Positions 26,858 to 42,462 of a stretch of 64,000 bases of DNA are shown here, piece by piece. This DNA comes from Octopus vulgaris (lineage: Eukaryota), in the NCBI GenBank assembly GCA_951406725.2, contig OX597820.1, positions 96,224,001-96,288,000 on the forward strand, given 5' to 3'. Numbering within the stretch: the first letter of the stretch is position 1; each line of letters starts with the position of its first letter. The notes under the pieces were generated by a model that ran no database searches, had not been told where the DNA came from, and was given only the letters and a program-made list of their open reading frames with translations. The translations under genes were made by a program, and so were the position numbers.

Positions 26858-27989
26858 AAAGAATAAAACGTATGCAGACTTTACGGGACACATTATAGTC
26901 AGTCTTCACGAAGTACTTTTGCCAAAAGTGTTCAACAACTATTAATATAAATTACGCATTATTAGAGCGTTTCAACGTAAGTCTGTAGAGTAAAAGATTA
27001 TATGGAAAGCGTTAACTTCTGATACATGATATAAGGAAGATATTCTTCAACTGATCTCGTGGCAAATTTCTCAAACAATCACTTTAATAATAATTCTGAT
27101 TACTCTTATTACACCAGATTTAGTGAATGCTTCATTATTTTTCAACATATTAAGGCCCTAATCTGTTTGTTTTAATAAATTATCAGTAATTCCTCTTTAA
27201 TGTGTGTATTCTATTTTGAAAAATCTTGTTAACGTGTATAGAAATGTTCAAATTTCGATAATGAGCATTTCATATCACAGGAACACTAACATTAAAGTGA
27301 TTATTATGTTACTCCGCTAAAGCTGACAGTGTGATAATTACTAAATACTATGTTTTAAGCCCAGGAAAAATTTCCTTCTAACATTTAGACATAATTAGAC
27401 GTCGATAGTTGTTGCTGTTTAACCCAAGGACGGCTTTGAACAAGCATAACTTCTTATGGAAAACGCTCTATGTGTGACGATCTCATCATTTTTTAAAATT
27501 CCTGACAATACCTTATTAGAAATTCGAGAGACAGCATAGAATCTTCTCTCGACAGCGCAGAAGCTTCTCTTAAGTTGCCTCAGTTACTCAACTTACTTTT
27601 ATTTATTTACTGATACACTCAATTTGTCAAAGTCAATGATAAATAAAATTCTAATAGTAGCAAACAAACATCCCCATTTCCGGTAAGTTGGCAGCCTGCG
27701 ATAATACAGCCGCGATGAATTCGTATCAGTTAACGCATTAAATATTGATATACTTCATCTTGGTACTAGGGCTTATGTTCCCGAAGTTAAGTTAGTTGTA
27801 GTTAGGTTTCATCCTTTCTTGCAGATTAAAATCTTGCCGGAGTCCCAGCTTTCAGGAAATGTATTTTCTTCACATCACTCACTAGTTTGCAAATTTATGA
27901 TATATTTAATACCGCAAAGATAAAGCTTCTGCGTAATTAGAATTCAACATGAAAATGAATATAATGAAGCAAAAATACTTCACTATCTC

Positions 27990-28066
<77 letters not shown>

Positions 28067-28074
28067 TATAACAA

Positions 28075-28316
28075 ACGAGAGAAAATAGAACCCACGAGAT
28101 TCTTTATTAATCACAACGATCGTTTTGGCTTATTTGGCATTGTTCTCTCGAGGGTGAGATTCTGGCCAGGTGGTTGTGGTACATCCTTCGGTGTAGATGT
28201 GTCTCGTCCGGTGCACCACACCCAGCTGTCCAGAATCTCACTCGCGAGAGACAGATACAAGATGGGTCGGAACGATGGTTGTGATTAATAAAGAATCTCG
28301 TGAGTCCCATTTTCTT
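28075..28316. repeat. Long imperfect inverted repeat (foldback)
   Basis: CACGAGATTCTTTATTAATCACAAC pairs with GTTGTGATTAATAAAGAATCTCGTG; GTGAGATTCTGG pairs with CCAGAATCTCAC. Confidence 0.85.
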
Positions 28317-28389
28317 TATCCCTCATTTGTTATGTACTCGACAGAGACGGAGGAAGTAAATCCGGTGGCATTTATATTCATACAATATA

Positions 28390-28610
28390 TAGGATCCCCT
28401 TCGGTCATGAATGACCATGGGATTGCACTTAGAAATGTACCCTCCGAGGCGCAAGTCCGAGCAAGGTTGTTTTGTGGAAGGCCAGCAGTCGCCCATGCAT
28501 ACCAGCTTCCTCTCTCCACACCACTGATATTATCCAAGGGAAAGGCAAAGGCCGATAAAGCTTCGCATCAGTGATGTCACAACTCATTTCTACAGCTGAG
28601 TGAACTCGAG

Positions 28611-28615
<5 letters not shown>
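28390..28615 (-). mobile_element. SINE 3' part (V-domain-like body with RTE-like tail)
   Basis: Minus strand GTTCACTCAGCTGTAGAAATGAGT...GCAATCCCATGGTCATTCATGACCGAAGGGG; family call by recollection only. Confidence 0.55.
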
Positions 28616-28955
<340 letters not shown>

Positions 28956-28971
28956 TATATACATATATACG

Positions 28972-29005
<34 letters not shown>

Positions 29006-29763
29006 TGTTTGTATGTATGTATGTATGTATGTATGTATGTATGTTTGTATGTATGTATGTAGTGACTCCACCGTTTCCGGCCACCAAATTTCAGTTAATA
29101 TGATATTTTTCAACCCGATACCATATTAGAAGACACCTACCCAAAATGCCATTCAGAGGGATCGAATTTAGTCTTAACATATGCAACTTATTCTTTATAT
29201 CTTTCATGTAAATACGATCAGTAATGGTTCAATAATATTTCAATATAGAACTTTGTCTATCATGCAAGCATTATACAAAGTCGACACTGTAACATCTCGG
29301 CCAGCTACGTCTTTTTGAAAATAACAGATAAAGTAATTTTGTCCTAGCTTTGGCTTTGTGGCGCCAGACTTATAGCACCGTACTGATTTAAGAGCCTATG
29401 GAAATAACATTCAATGCCATTCAATAACTTCTTCATTCGATATTTTCGGTTGTATGGACATAGGATACGAATACTAAAGTTTTATTATTCATCTGGCGTT
29501 TTCTTCCCCTTCCTTCGCTATACACATATCTTTGTGATTTTATTATTACTGTGTTTACACAGCTTTGCATATAATTTAGATGTGATTGTCCTTATGGGAA
29601 TATATGTCGTATAATGGGGGTAATGTTTGCATTTCTTTGACGCATTAGCATTAGGAATTCCTTCGGGATGACCCCAACATGAATTTTCCGAATGTTTATA
29701 ATTCATATTCTGTTGCACACATAACGCTTCCAATAACATTTACAAATATGGCTGACCAAAAAT

Positions 29764-30347
<584 letters not shown>

Positions 30348-31043
30348 ATATTTAGATCGTTCTAGTATCGCTTATCAGATATCGTTATTTCAATCAGTAA
30401 GCGAATCTCGAATATTATTATGACAATACCAAGTTAATTAGTTCTTATCTCAACGTCTGTGTTTTCTTGTATATTCTACTGGACAGTAGTGTAATTATTC
30501 GCAATTACTTCATATGATTATGCATAAATAACTTCAATTCTGTTTGGAATCCTAATTGCTTGCATATTTTCCATCATTCTCCCATTATATTTCCATGTTC
30601 TTTTGTATTTTTTTCCTATGTTTCTTTAACGTTTTTTCTCTCTATCATAAATATAATTGTTCTCTGTCTGTACTAGAATCCTGTAATGAGGACATCAAAC
30701 CCTAATCTCATTCGACAGCAGCAAAACACATTCACAGCATATGTTGAAGAAGCATTGAAAACTTTGCACTTTCTATTTATGAATACATAAATAAAACAAT
30801 ATCAGTTTCTACAAATGTTAGGCCTCAGCTTCTGACCATGTTTTATTGCAATGTTCTGTATCTGTTGTATAATTAAAACAAATTTCTAACCGCTAAACTT
30901 CTCTTTGGGGTCAGACATTGCTCACTATCTCCTCTTGTGACTTATAGAGTACTGAGGTGTTCATATTTCTATTCTGAGGAACTACTACACATGCGAATTT
31001 TAGAAATCCTGTCTTTTTGCTTTATTTGTTCTCTTTTTCTATA

Positions 31044-31439
31044 TTTTTACTCTTTTACTTGTATCAGGCATTGGATTGTGGCCATGCTGGGGCACCACGT
31101 CGAAGCGTTTAGTCGAACAGATCGATCGCAGTACTTATATAAATCAGGTAATTGCTCTATCGGTGTGTTTTGCCGAACAGCTAAGTTACGGGTATGTAAA
31201 CACACCAGCATCGATTGTCAAGCGATGTTAGGGGGCGGGACAAACACAGACACATATATATATATATATATATAGATATATACGACGAGCTTCTTTCAGT
31301 TTCTGTCTAGCAAATCCACTCACAAGGTTTTGGTAGGCCCGAGGCTATAGTAGAAGACACTTGCCCAAAGTGCCACGCAGTGGAACTGAACCCGGAACCA
31401 TGTTGTTGGTAAGCAAGCTACTTACCACAGAGCCACTCC
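31044..31439 (-). mobile_element. SINE family A
   Basis: Reverse complement of family A. Confidence 0.85.
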
Positions 31440-31499
31440 TATTATAATAATGATATAATATTATGTTAATAAATTAACATATGTAAGTTTAAATTCTTT

Positions 31500-32257
31500 T
31501 TTTTTTCAATGTATTTACACAAAAGCAGGGGATAAACTAGTACGTCATTTTTCTGTATATTCTTCTTCCTTTTAGATGCGCTTGATCCAGCAGTCAACAA
31601 GCTTCTGTAATCCCTCAAAGAAGAAGGTTTTCGGATGGTCGTGCAGCCATTTATGCACCGCTCCCTTCACATCATCCACAGGAAATCGATGATCTCGTAA
31701 ACTATCTTTGAGCAGTCCAAAGATATGGTAGTCGGGAGGGGCGAAATCTGGACTGTAGGCTGGCTGTTCCAGCAACTCAACGTCCACTTGGTTAATAGTT
31801 TCAACGGTCTGGGCAGCCGTGTTTGGGCATGCGTTGCCATGCGGCAACAAAACTTTCTACGGCAATAGGTTTCGGCGATTGGTGTGAATTGCTGGCTTCG
31901 GTTTCTTGGCCAGCAGAGCATTGTATCTTGCACTGTTGATCGTACATCCCTTTTCCAGGTAGTCTTCCAGTATACGCCCTTTTGAGTCCCAAAAAAGGGA
32001 TAGCATCACCTTTCCTGCGGAAGACTAAGTTTTGAAATCCTTCGTCGCTGGCGAACCAGGATGTTTCCACTCTATACTCTGTCTTTTGGATTCTGGCTCA
32101 TAATAATGGACCTATGTTTCATCTGTGATTATTCTGCTCAAAATTGTCTCACCCTCATTGTTGTAGCGATCGAGTAAACGTTGGCTCTTTGAAGACAGTG
32201 TGACAATGATAAAGATGTGTTATGGCGACAGTGCGGATAATTTTTGACTTTGCCTCG
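31500..32257 (-). mobile_element. Mariner (DD34D) transposon remnant, internally deleted
   Basis: One TIR CGAGGCAAAGTCAAAAATTATCCGCAC next to TA; motifs ITDET*VHYYEPESKRQS, HGNACPN and PAYSPDFAPPDYHIF. Confidence 0.85.
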
Positions 32258-32956
32258 TATATATATATATATATATAGTAGACGGAAATTGAAAGAAGCT
32301 TGTCTTCCCATCGACCACAAATACATTCCCCCATCACTTCCCCTTCCCTCCACACTATCCTATTCCTCTCTCTCTCTCTCTCTCTTTCTCTTTCTCTCTC
32401 TGACTCGGTCTAAATGGTCCTATTGAAAACCATTTGTGAAATGACCCCGCTTAAACTATTTACTTGTAGTCTCTCCCACTCCGTTATATTTTTTTGTTGT
32501 CCTATTTTCTTATATTCCTAATTTCTCTTCATAATTATATTTTCCACTCAAACTGTGCTCTCTGCGTATTGTAATCCAATTCTCAGTGTATTAACATGGG
32601 CCTCCTAACGACAAGCTAAACTTCATATAGTCAAAATACCTTTGACCTGAAGGGTAGCTTGCAGTATACGCCTCTCTTGGATATATGCTACTATGGAACA
32701 TATGTGAGCCAGATTTTATCTACTCCTTTCCTTAACTCTTGGATTTTTATTCGCATACTCAACAACCCTGGCTGCCGACCGTGAAATGTAAAATGTTTGT
32801 TTTCAGCTTATCATACTTTGATAGGGGAAAAATTCAAAACCTTCCGAACCAATAAAGCATTAATCTTACCGAAAGTTTTTTTTATATATATACATCTACT
32901 AATTGCTTGAAGTTCACTATATTCCTACACCTCGTTCCTTGGATCTTACATTCATA

Positions 32957-33073
<117 letters not shown>

Positions 33074-33656
33074 TATTCGTGCGATAACCAGGCTACCATT
33101 GGTTTCATGTTATGAGAAATATAACTCATAGCAATTATCAAACTTTGGTGTTCGTCTCTATCTGGGATGAAAACGGATTAAAATCACATGATGTTGCTCG
33201 AGATTTTGGAGTAAACAAGCATCTATTCATATATGGGAACAACTTCCAAATAATTATCTCCCTTACATTCAAATTGATGTTTATTTTTATGATTTGTTCA
33301 TACATACACATATACACAAATATCCACTGGCTCACATAATTATACCTGCATTATGCGTTTTTAGTACGTGCACTAAATAGTTCATATTTGCATACGTGTG
33401 CGGAGTTTCACATGGTTTTTCACATATGAAACTCCGCAATCATGTGCAGACAACACGCATAAGCACACTATGGGCTTCCACACAGCATCTGACTTACTCT
33501 GACGTTACTGGTTCAGGCCAGGATTTTACACTTACTTAAGATACCGAAGTTGCAATTAGAAACTCCATAGTTGGAAAGTGAACTTTTAAAGCTCACAACC
33601 AAATCAAATATTCATTCATCTACTAACGACAACAGGTATGTATGTATGTATGTATG

Positions 33657-33753
<97 letters not shown>

Positions 33754-33806
33754 GTTTAAATATTTGTTGTGCAAGATTTTTTATGTGAAGTCGTGTGTTG
33801 AAACAG

Positions 33807-34021
33807 ATATTGTTATATTTCGGAATGGTCATATTGCCAGTTTAGCCAATAAAAACACACGCACTATATATTTGGTGTTATTTTGCTTCAGTGATATTTA
33901 TTTGGCCGAAATAAGATTAAGATTAATGTAAAAAATAAATATCACTGAAGCAAAATAACACCAAATATATAGTGCGTGTGTTTTTATTGGCTAAACTGGC
34001 AATATGACCATTCCGAAATAT

Positions 34022-34029
<8 letters not shown>
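33807..34029. repeat. Apparently perfect ~97-bp inverted repeat with a ~29-nt spacer
   Basis: 33807-33903 is the reverse complement of 33933-34029; 33751-33900 is also homologous to 36340-36480. Confidence 0.9.
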
Positions 34030-34082
<53 letters not shown>

Positions 34083-34083
34083 C

Positions 34084-34198
<115 letters not shown>

Positions 34199-34213
34199 CA
34201 TATATATATATAC

Positions 34214-34307
<94 letters not shown>

Positions 34308-34634
34308 GTAAAATGATATGTGACAATTATTCGGTAGCCAAGATAAAACTCTGAGTTTCGGATGCCGATGTGGAAATCCAAGCCACCATGTCTTCGGTTA
34401 TCATATATATATATATGAAAGAAGGTTTGAAAATGCATACACATCACCCGGATAAATCCAACACGCACGGACACACACAGAACTCCTAACAAACACAACA
34501 CATGTATGTGTGAGTGTGTTGTGTTTGTCGGAAGATGGCCAGATAACCAAAGAGATGGTGGTGTGGATTTCCACCTCGGCATCCGAAACTCAGAGTTTTA
34601 TCTTGGCTACCGAATAATTGTCATATTATTTTAC
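34308..34634. repeat. ~94-bp inverted repeat, each arm carrying an atypical hammerhead-like motif
   Basis: 34308-34402 versus 34542-34634; GATAA-CC(G/A)AAGA-GATG...CATC-C-GAAA-CTCAGAG-TT-TTATC. Confidence 0.8.
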
Positions 34635-34701
34635 AGATAAATTTCCTCTGTTTACATAATATTGAGGTATCTTTCTTTCTTTTGTTATCTTACCGTTTTT
34701 A

Positions 34702-34801
<100 letters not shown>

Positions 34802-35450
34802 CTTACATATACACATGCACAAATATATATATACGCATCATATACATACACACACATATATGCACATAAACATATATGCGTGTATGTGTGTATAATATAT
34901 ACATTTGTCTCTCAAACTCTCTGTCTCTCTCTCTCCAAGTGTGTGTGTGTGTGGTAGTGTGCGCATGCATTACTGTTACTATAGTTCCTACACCCCTCAA
35001 TTACCTAATTATGTATTACCATTACCGAAGTCCTTTTTCCTCTCACTCTCCTCTTTTCATCAACTTCATGTTCAGCTTATCACATTTACAACAATTTCCT
35101 AATCGCTTCATCAAATATATGTGGTTTATCCCGAAGCTAATGGCGTCCAGACTGAATATTTTAAAACATTGACCTTCTCCTATGTTAGAGACGTTTCGTC
35201 AATTCTTCACGTAACGCAAGGGAAATTAATAATGATTTCGAGTTTTGCACAAGACAAAGTAATTTTAGGTGAAGGTAATTAGTCAACTTCATCGATCCCA
35301 GTACTTGGCTGGTTGTTTATTTTATCGACTGCGAAAACATGGCAGGTAATTTGAACTCAGAATGTAAAGACGGACGAAATGCAAATGATTTATTGACTCT
35401 ACATGCTCACCGTCTCAATAATGATGACGACGACGATGATGATGATGATG

Positions 35451-35509
<59 letters not shown>

Positions 35510-35519
35510 AAGAATTTTT

Positions 35520-35637
35520 TCTACTATAGGCACAAGGCCTGAAAGTTTGGGGGAGACCGTAAGTTGATTACATTGACTCCAGTGCTCAACTGGTACTTAT
35601 TTTATCGAACCCGAAAGGATGAAAGGTAAAGTCGACA
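35520..35637 (-). mobile_element. SINE family C fragment
   Basis: CGAACCCGAAAGGATGAAAGGTAAAGTCGAC on the + strand. Confidence 0.7.
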
Positions 35638-37099
35638 TTTAACATAATAATAATGATTATGACAATGACGAGGAGGAGGGGAAGAGGAGGGTTGATGATG
35701 AGAAGGAGGAGGAGGAGGAATCTAAAAAGTTTAATAACAACAGCTTTTTTCCAAGATATATTACAGAAAAATGAATTGAAAAAATAAAACCATTCCATGA
35801 CCATCACTTGCAAGAAATTAAACGGAGAAAGTAAGCCAGATTGAAATTCATCGGTGGTTCCATAGTTCTGTGACGACAGCAGAAAGAGGCCTGATTGAGC
35901 AACACAAGATTGATGACTAAAAATATAATAATGAAAATTGATGTTCATATTAAATGCTTACTATGCGACTCAAGCAATGAGAAAATTGACTTCATCTCTG
36001 ACGAACCAATCCTTGTTAGGACCATGTATATTTACAGACATGCTCGTGTTTGCATCTAGGTTCACTTAGCAATGCGCTGACAATGCATTGTAAGAATGAC
36101 TTAGAAATCGGATATGCAAGTATCAAACACGTTACATGACAATTGTTGGAGTATAAATATCTATGAAATGGCTACTCTCTAAACTGAAAAGGACACCAAG
36201 GTAAACCATCCAGATTCAGTCATTAAGGACTGGAGTGAAAATATCTGCCCTTTTATAGCCATAGCCATGCCTCATCCTCCTAGCGAAAATATCGCCGGGA
36301 AAGAGGAAAGGGGCGGAGAACTGACAAAGAATATTGGCTTTACGTTTAAGCATTTGTTTTGCAAAATTCCTGATGTGAAATCGTGTGTTGAAACAGATAT
36401 CGTTATATTTCAAGACGTCTCATGTTTTCCTCGCCAAACAAACACACGCTCTATATATTTATTCTTCGTTCGTTTATTATTGTTCTTATTTTATCTTATG
36501 TTCATTGTCTGGAAATCATTTGTTACATATCTGAGACCTCTTTAGTGACTCTTCCTTCTTCGTGTATCCTCCTGGTCTGTTTAGATCAAAGACGAAATAT
36601 TTCCGGATAATGGACATAAGATAAAATGCGAACAATAATAACCGGGTGAAGAACGGATATATAATGCGTCCAGAAATATAACAATATATTAACTTTCATA
36701 TTGAAATAATCTGTATTGGTGTTATGAATGTGAGTGAAACAGTATCAAAATTAATTGGATCATGAGGTATGATAAAGAAAAAGAGAAAAATATAAAAGCA
36801 CATACCAACGTTCACAAATTGCATAATCTAAAGTCCTGCTAGACACGGTCCATATTTTACTCAATACACTTTGAATTCAATAATACAACTCAAACGGTAA
36901 CTCTTTGCACACAACGCATATACCTTAAGCATTCTTGCCCTAGTACAATCATGCTCACATGATATAAAATGGCCACACAACTCATATGATGTATACATCA
37001 TCAACAAATAAGATAACATAAATTCGACATAACCACACATTGTGTTATTTTATTCTTTATGAATATGTATCATGATCATCATCATGATCATCATCATCA

Positions 37100-38400
37100 T
37101 CATCATTGTTAATTATTTCATTAAATCACTGCGCAAGCTGTCGGAAAAAATTCCTAATATTAGGCCACAACGCGTAACCTTAGATGCGAACCTAAGTCGA
37201 CTAGCTGTTCCTAATAATACTTTTTCTGGAGCTCCACTAAACATGGATTTTGTACTTATTTTCTCTATCCATTTGTTCATATATTTAGGAATAATTGCTA
37301 ATGCAACTATAGGGATACAATCTACCCGCATTTCCTTTAGCCTCTGTAACTTAGTGGCAAGGTCCTGGTACTTTGCTATTTTCTCTATATCTTTCACATT
37401 GACTTTTTCATCATTTGGAATTGTAAAAATTGCCTAGCACTTTCTATTCCCTTTGGCTTCCCTTCTTAATCAAGCTCTCTAGCTCGAGAACGTCCATCTG
37501 TTGCTAACACCATATACATGGAGGAATAGGTATGTCGTAGCTGATGATATACTGCCATGTACAGCAACTGTGACATCGACTGACATTCTCGTACACTCGG
37601 ATAGTATGATGGCCGTTTGTTAGCCATGTCCTTTTACATAGGGCTTGATTCTTTGAAAGAGATGCAGTGCTGACTTAAACGAATATTAAGTTTGAATGCA
37701 GTATTCCCAGGTGCCCACAGTTTACAGCTAGTGGAGCAGCATTATTAATTGTACATCAGCCCTTGCTTTCTATAAATGATTCATGGTGAGCAAGAGTAGA
37801 AACGTCTTGTGGAAACTCAAGATGCCAATGAAAATCAACTGAACAGTCTATTCCGAAGGATTTTCAATCCTGGAAGCATAAACAACTTCCTGAAGTTCTT
37901 GACTTATCAATGCTATTAGTAGAGGTTGCTGGTTTTCAGTAAAAGCTACAGGCAAGTGCTCCCAGCCAACGAAATCTTTTTCCATGTACTTTTTTATTCG
38001 ATTTGTTGAGAGTTGGATGAGAGCGATGAGTATGGGATACGTAAATTTGTTTTCTCTAATAATCCACCAGTATGTTGAAAAATACAGCTTATAATAGATA
38101 CTTGCCTTTGCTAGTCAGTGTAATCTTTGGTCTGTGGGATTTCTAGATTTTTTAGTTTTTGTCTCCCTATGGTGATCTCCCATTTCATACATTTTGTATA
38201 TTGTTGCTTCTTCACGTCTGTTTTTCCCTTCAATTGATTTCGCTTAAACACCCTAGTTTTGTAACTTAATCTGTAATGTTCCATCATCTGTCTTTCTTGC
38301 GGCAAATAAAAGAAATCATTAGTATTATTAATTAAGGGATACATCAAGATTTCCCTTTCTTGATTCCAAAGAATTATCTCTATTGTGATCCCAAAGAATT
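37100..38400 (-). mobile_element. Degenerate R4/Dong-type LINE (restriction-like endonuclease C-terminus)
   Basis: ORF 37113-37397 EKIAKYQDLA..LQRL..VDCIPIV..KVLLGTA parallels 60153-60378; the upstream boundary is approximate. Confidence 0.75.
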
Positions 38401-40054
38401 ATCTCTACTATCAAATAATGGAGTTTGGATAAAATTCCTAATGAGAATGCTCTAACAATATTTACAGTTCCCTGGTGTTGCGTATCATTCCAGATTACAA
38501 ATAGAATAATGAATTCCTACATTCCGTATTGTTCGAATCAATAAATAAATCACTGGTATTTTATATCATTTCATTAGATTTCTGCACTATGCATCATTAT
38601 AGTCATTTGGGATTGATATGTCAATTATTAAAATACTCTTGCATGTTTTTGTCATTCTCAGTGTTGTGCGTCAGCTACAGGCTACTGATTAGTTTACTTG
38701 TCTTATTCCCATAAGATCACTGTATTGTTGTTGTCTAGGGTTGCGAATCTTTACATGGATATCACAGATCATTTTCTTCACCAATGTGAAACTGAATATT
38801 AGGGTTTGTATAGAACAATATTAACTCAAATATATATTGTGAGGGTATTTTTAAAGCTCTGGTGTATTGTTTCAGAAAATAATTATGTTAGAATTATGGC
38901 TATCTCGAATTCTTTTCTACGATGCGATGGTCACGGTTAGAACACCTTCGATCATAGAACTGCTCAACCAGAGCTGATCTAGCACTAAGCATTAACAATT
39001 TTTCCTGTTTAGGTAGGACGTTTTAAAAATTCAAATCAGAATGATTTTTCAATATGTGAGACACTTAGCTCGCGGAAGTATTTTTATGTTAAGACAGAGC
39101 GTTTTATCTCTTCATGGCAGCAGCACTTTTTTTTATGACACTTTTACTAATGCGTTGGCTTTTGTTCAAAATCTTATACGATTTCTGGGAAGAATACGTC
39201 TGTTGCATTGATAATCTATGTTCTACATTCTTTTTATCACCTCAGTAAACAAAATTCCATGCCAAATAAGGAGTTCAGGCCATCAAGCTCGAAGTGCTAG
39301 AAATAGTTGGCACATCTCCCTCAATTCAAATTCTATAATAGCGAAAATGGTTACATAAGGTCCCAGATGCATAATACAAATATAAGAAAGTCTAGATGCT
39401 GGAACGCTTTTGATCAGTTTTTTCCCCCACCGGGGCTGATCTCGAGAGAAATTACTAAATAGTATCATTTTTTTGTTCTTAGTTTTAAAAGTCATGATGA
39501 ATATCATGGCAATGATATATACTCAGCTACTTTCTCTTATTGGTACAGTTACTGAGTGATATAGGGAAAAGTCGGAGGAAAAAAGACAATGCACCAAAAT
39601 CTGATGAGGAAAGTGAATAAAGAAACCACGGCTAATGTAGGGCTGTAATGGGAAATAATATATTCCCATACTGAACACTTGTGACAGAATGTACTCTACT
39701 AGTGGAACCCAAGGTTTAATTGTAAATGGTAATGAACCTAGTGACGGGTTATATCTACCAAAAGTCCAGCTTATACGGCAGGTTTTCATATAGTTTTTCG
39801 TCAACACAATTTCACTCAAATCTTCATGGTTACCCAAAGCATTACACAATGAAATTGAACTCAAAAGTCTGAATTTCGAAGTGAACTTCTTTACTACATA
39901 GCTATGTTTGTGCGCGCGCGAAGATTTATTTCTAGTGTTGTATAATGTATACATATGTTATGCTCCTATTCACTTCCATAAAACCATGTTACAATGGTAC
40001 CACGGCGTCAATAATATTGATGATCGTTACTACTCGTATATTTAAATAAATATA

Positions 40055-40845
40055 GGCGCAGGAGTGGCTGTGTGGAAAAAAGACTTGCTTCCTAACCACA
40101 TGGTTCCAGGTTCAGTCCCACTGCATGGCACTTTGGGCAAGTGTCTTCAATGATACTTCGGACTGAGCAAGGCACTAAGGCGTTGTGAGTACATTTGGGA
40201 AAAGGAAACTGAAAGAAGCCGGTCAGATATATATACAGAAAGAGAGAGTGAAAGACAGAGAGAGGCAATTATGCAGACAGTCAAATTAGATATATTAAAT
40301 ATATTAAATATATTAGATATGATACTTTGGGTATAAAATACAAAATATGTATATATGTATACATGCAAAATGAGAGAAAACAATAGGCGGAAACTTCCAG
40401 ATGATGAAATTTTAAGTATAAGTGTATAGATATTTATACTAATAGGTCCAACTTACACTGAGTACAAACAGCAGAGAAAATTCCACACCTTTAATTTTCT
40501 CTGTACTCTCTGTAAGTTGCATTTATTCATACAAATATCTATATATTTATACATATAAATTCATCATCTGAAAGTCACTAGTTTTGCTTTCTCTCGTTTT
40601 GCGTATATACATGTACACATAATTTGTATTTCATACCCAAGTCATTATATTTATTATATTTGATATATTTAATGCAAATAATTTGTTTATCGGCATAATT
40701 ACCTCAATATCCGCCTAACTTGATTCCTCTTACAGACATTATTTACTTTTCGGAATCGATCCCCTGTAAAGACGTTGGAGTCTTTTGAGCACTACCGTAT
40801 TCTATAGAGAATCGCTGAATCTAAACTGTGGACTGTGGTGTGTAT

Positions 40846-40919
<74 letters not shown>

Positions 40920-41100
40920 CTGTCTGTCTGTATGTTTTCCACCACTGTTTGACATCTGGTCCTGGTGTGATTACGTCCCTGTCTGTAACTTGGCGGTTCG
41001 GCAGAAGCAACCAATAGAATAAGTACTAGGCTTTAAAATTTTTCTGGCTATAATCAAATGACTGGAGCAAGCTCAAGATAAAAGATACAAGATAAAAGAT
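40055..41100 (+). mobile_element. SINE family A split by a ~600-bp insert containing a long imperfect inverted repeat
   Basis: Head at 40055-40230, tail at 40860-41100, inverted-repeat arms at about 40260-40470 and 40500-40705. Confidence 0.7.
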
Positions 41101-42462
41101 TTTTTTTTTTTTTGTATTTTCTAAAAGATACATGTGTATTTGTCCCTGTTGTGTCCGTGTTTGTCTCGTTACCATCATTTAGCAAACACGCCCCCGTAAA
41201 GTACCGGCTCGGCCAAAGGAACCGGTAGCATAAGCACTAGGCGTAGAAAAAGTAAGTCCTGTGTTCGATTTATTCGATTTAAAACTGAAAATGACTAAAA
41301 CAAGTAGTAGAATAAAAGAATGAAAATATATTTTAACACTTAAACATAGATAGAACTTTTGTTGAATCTGAGAGTTATATTTCAACATACTTTAAAAATG
41401 TGAATCACATAATCTGAAACGAAATATGAGGCTGGTTGTAATTTTTTCTCCTTTTCGAAGCGGTAGGATAGACAATATTGCTGAATTGCAAAAATTGCAT
41501 TCTTAGAGATATATTGAAGACATTTCACCTGAAGTAACATTATTCTAGATCACGATAGCACGTGTCTTTAAAATATGCATTTCTAAAATTTTCTTTCTGG
41601 TTAAATAATCAGAAATATTGCCAGGAACAATTCTTCTGGAATTATGAAATGTATACGTTCAAATTGAGATAAGTATTTATTCTATTTCTCTTTCAGTAAC
41701 AATACACTTCAGAATCTAATGAACCCAGTTTTTGAACATGTAGAACAACTGAAATTTAAAAAACTTTCCGGACTATTAAACCTTAATGAGAATTTGTTAT
41801 CTGGAGAATTTGTTATCATAGAAGGCTGAAGGGCGGTCTTAGTCATATGAGCTTCAAGAATCTTAGTTTGTAAGACCAATATATTTTCATATACTGAACA
41901 CATTATTTAAATAATTCAAGGTCATTTGGAAGAATGTTTCATATCTTGAGATGGATAAACGGACCGACGGTTGGATAGAGGGAAAATTGAGGGAATGATG
42001 AATGAATAGAGGGAGAGGGAGGGAAGTATGGACTGATAGATTTTTGAATGGATAGGTTAACGAATGGATCTAATGCGCGACCAAGACATTCAGGACAGAA
42101 TGTAGTTTTGTGTTCCTCAAATGAAAATCATCTGGAATTTATTTCGTTTAGAAATATACAATTTTAAGTATCATACAAATTATCCACCCTTGAATTAAAG
42201 GCATGTACGAGAGAAGAGAGATGAATTTTACTTCGGAGCTGAATAACGTGTGTGAGGTATTATAATTTTAATTATTCAGATTCTTCTTTAACTTTAGTAT
42301 CACAAGACGGTATGTGGCCTTCCCTAATAGAAATTATTCATCTTGAAATCGAACACGTTCGAACTGAATGCTAAAGGATATTTAATTGCTATTTGTATCA
42401 TATCTAGTGACCACATTTCAGTAATAAATATACGTACGTACACATACACACATACATATATA

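Noticed and set aside
36565-36610. TATCC...GTCT...AGAC-GAAA...GGATA hammerhead-like pairing
   Set aside because: The CUGANGA core is absent.
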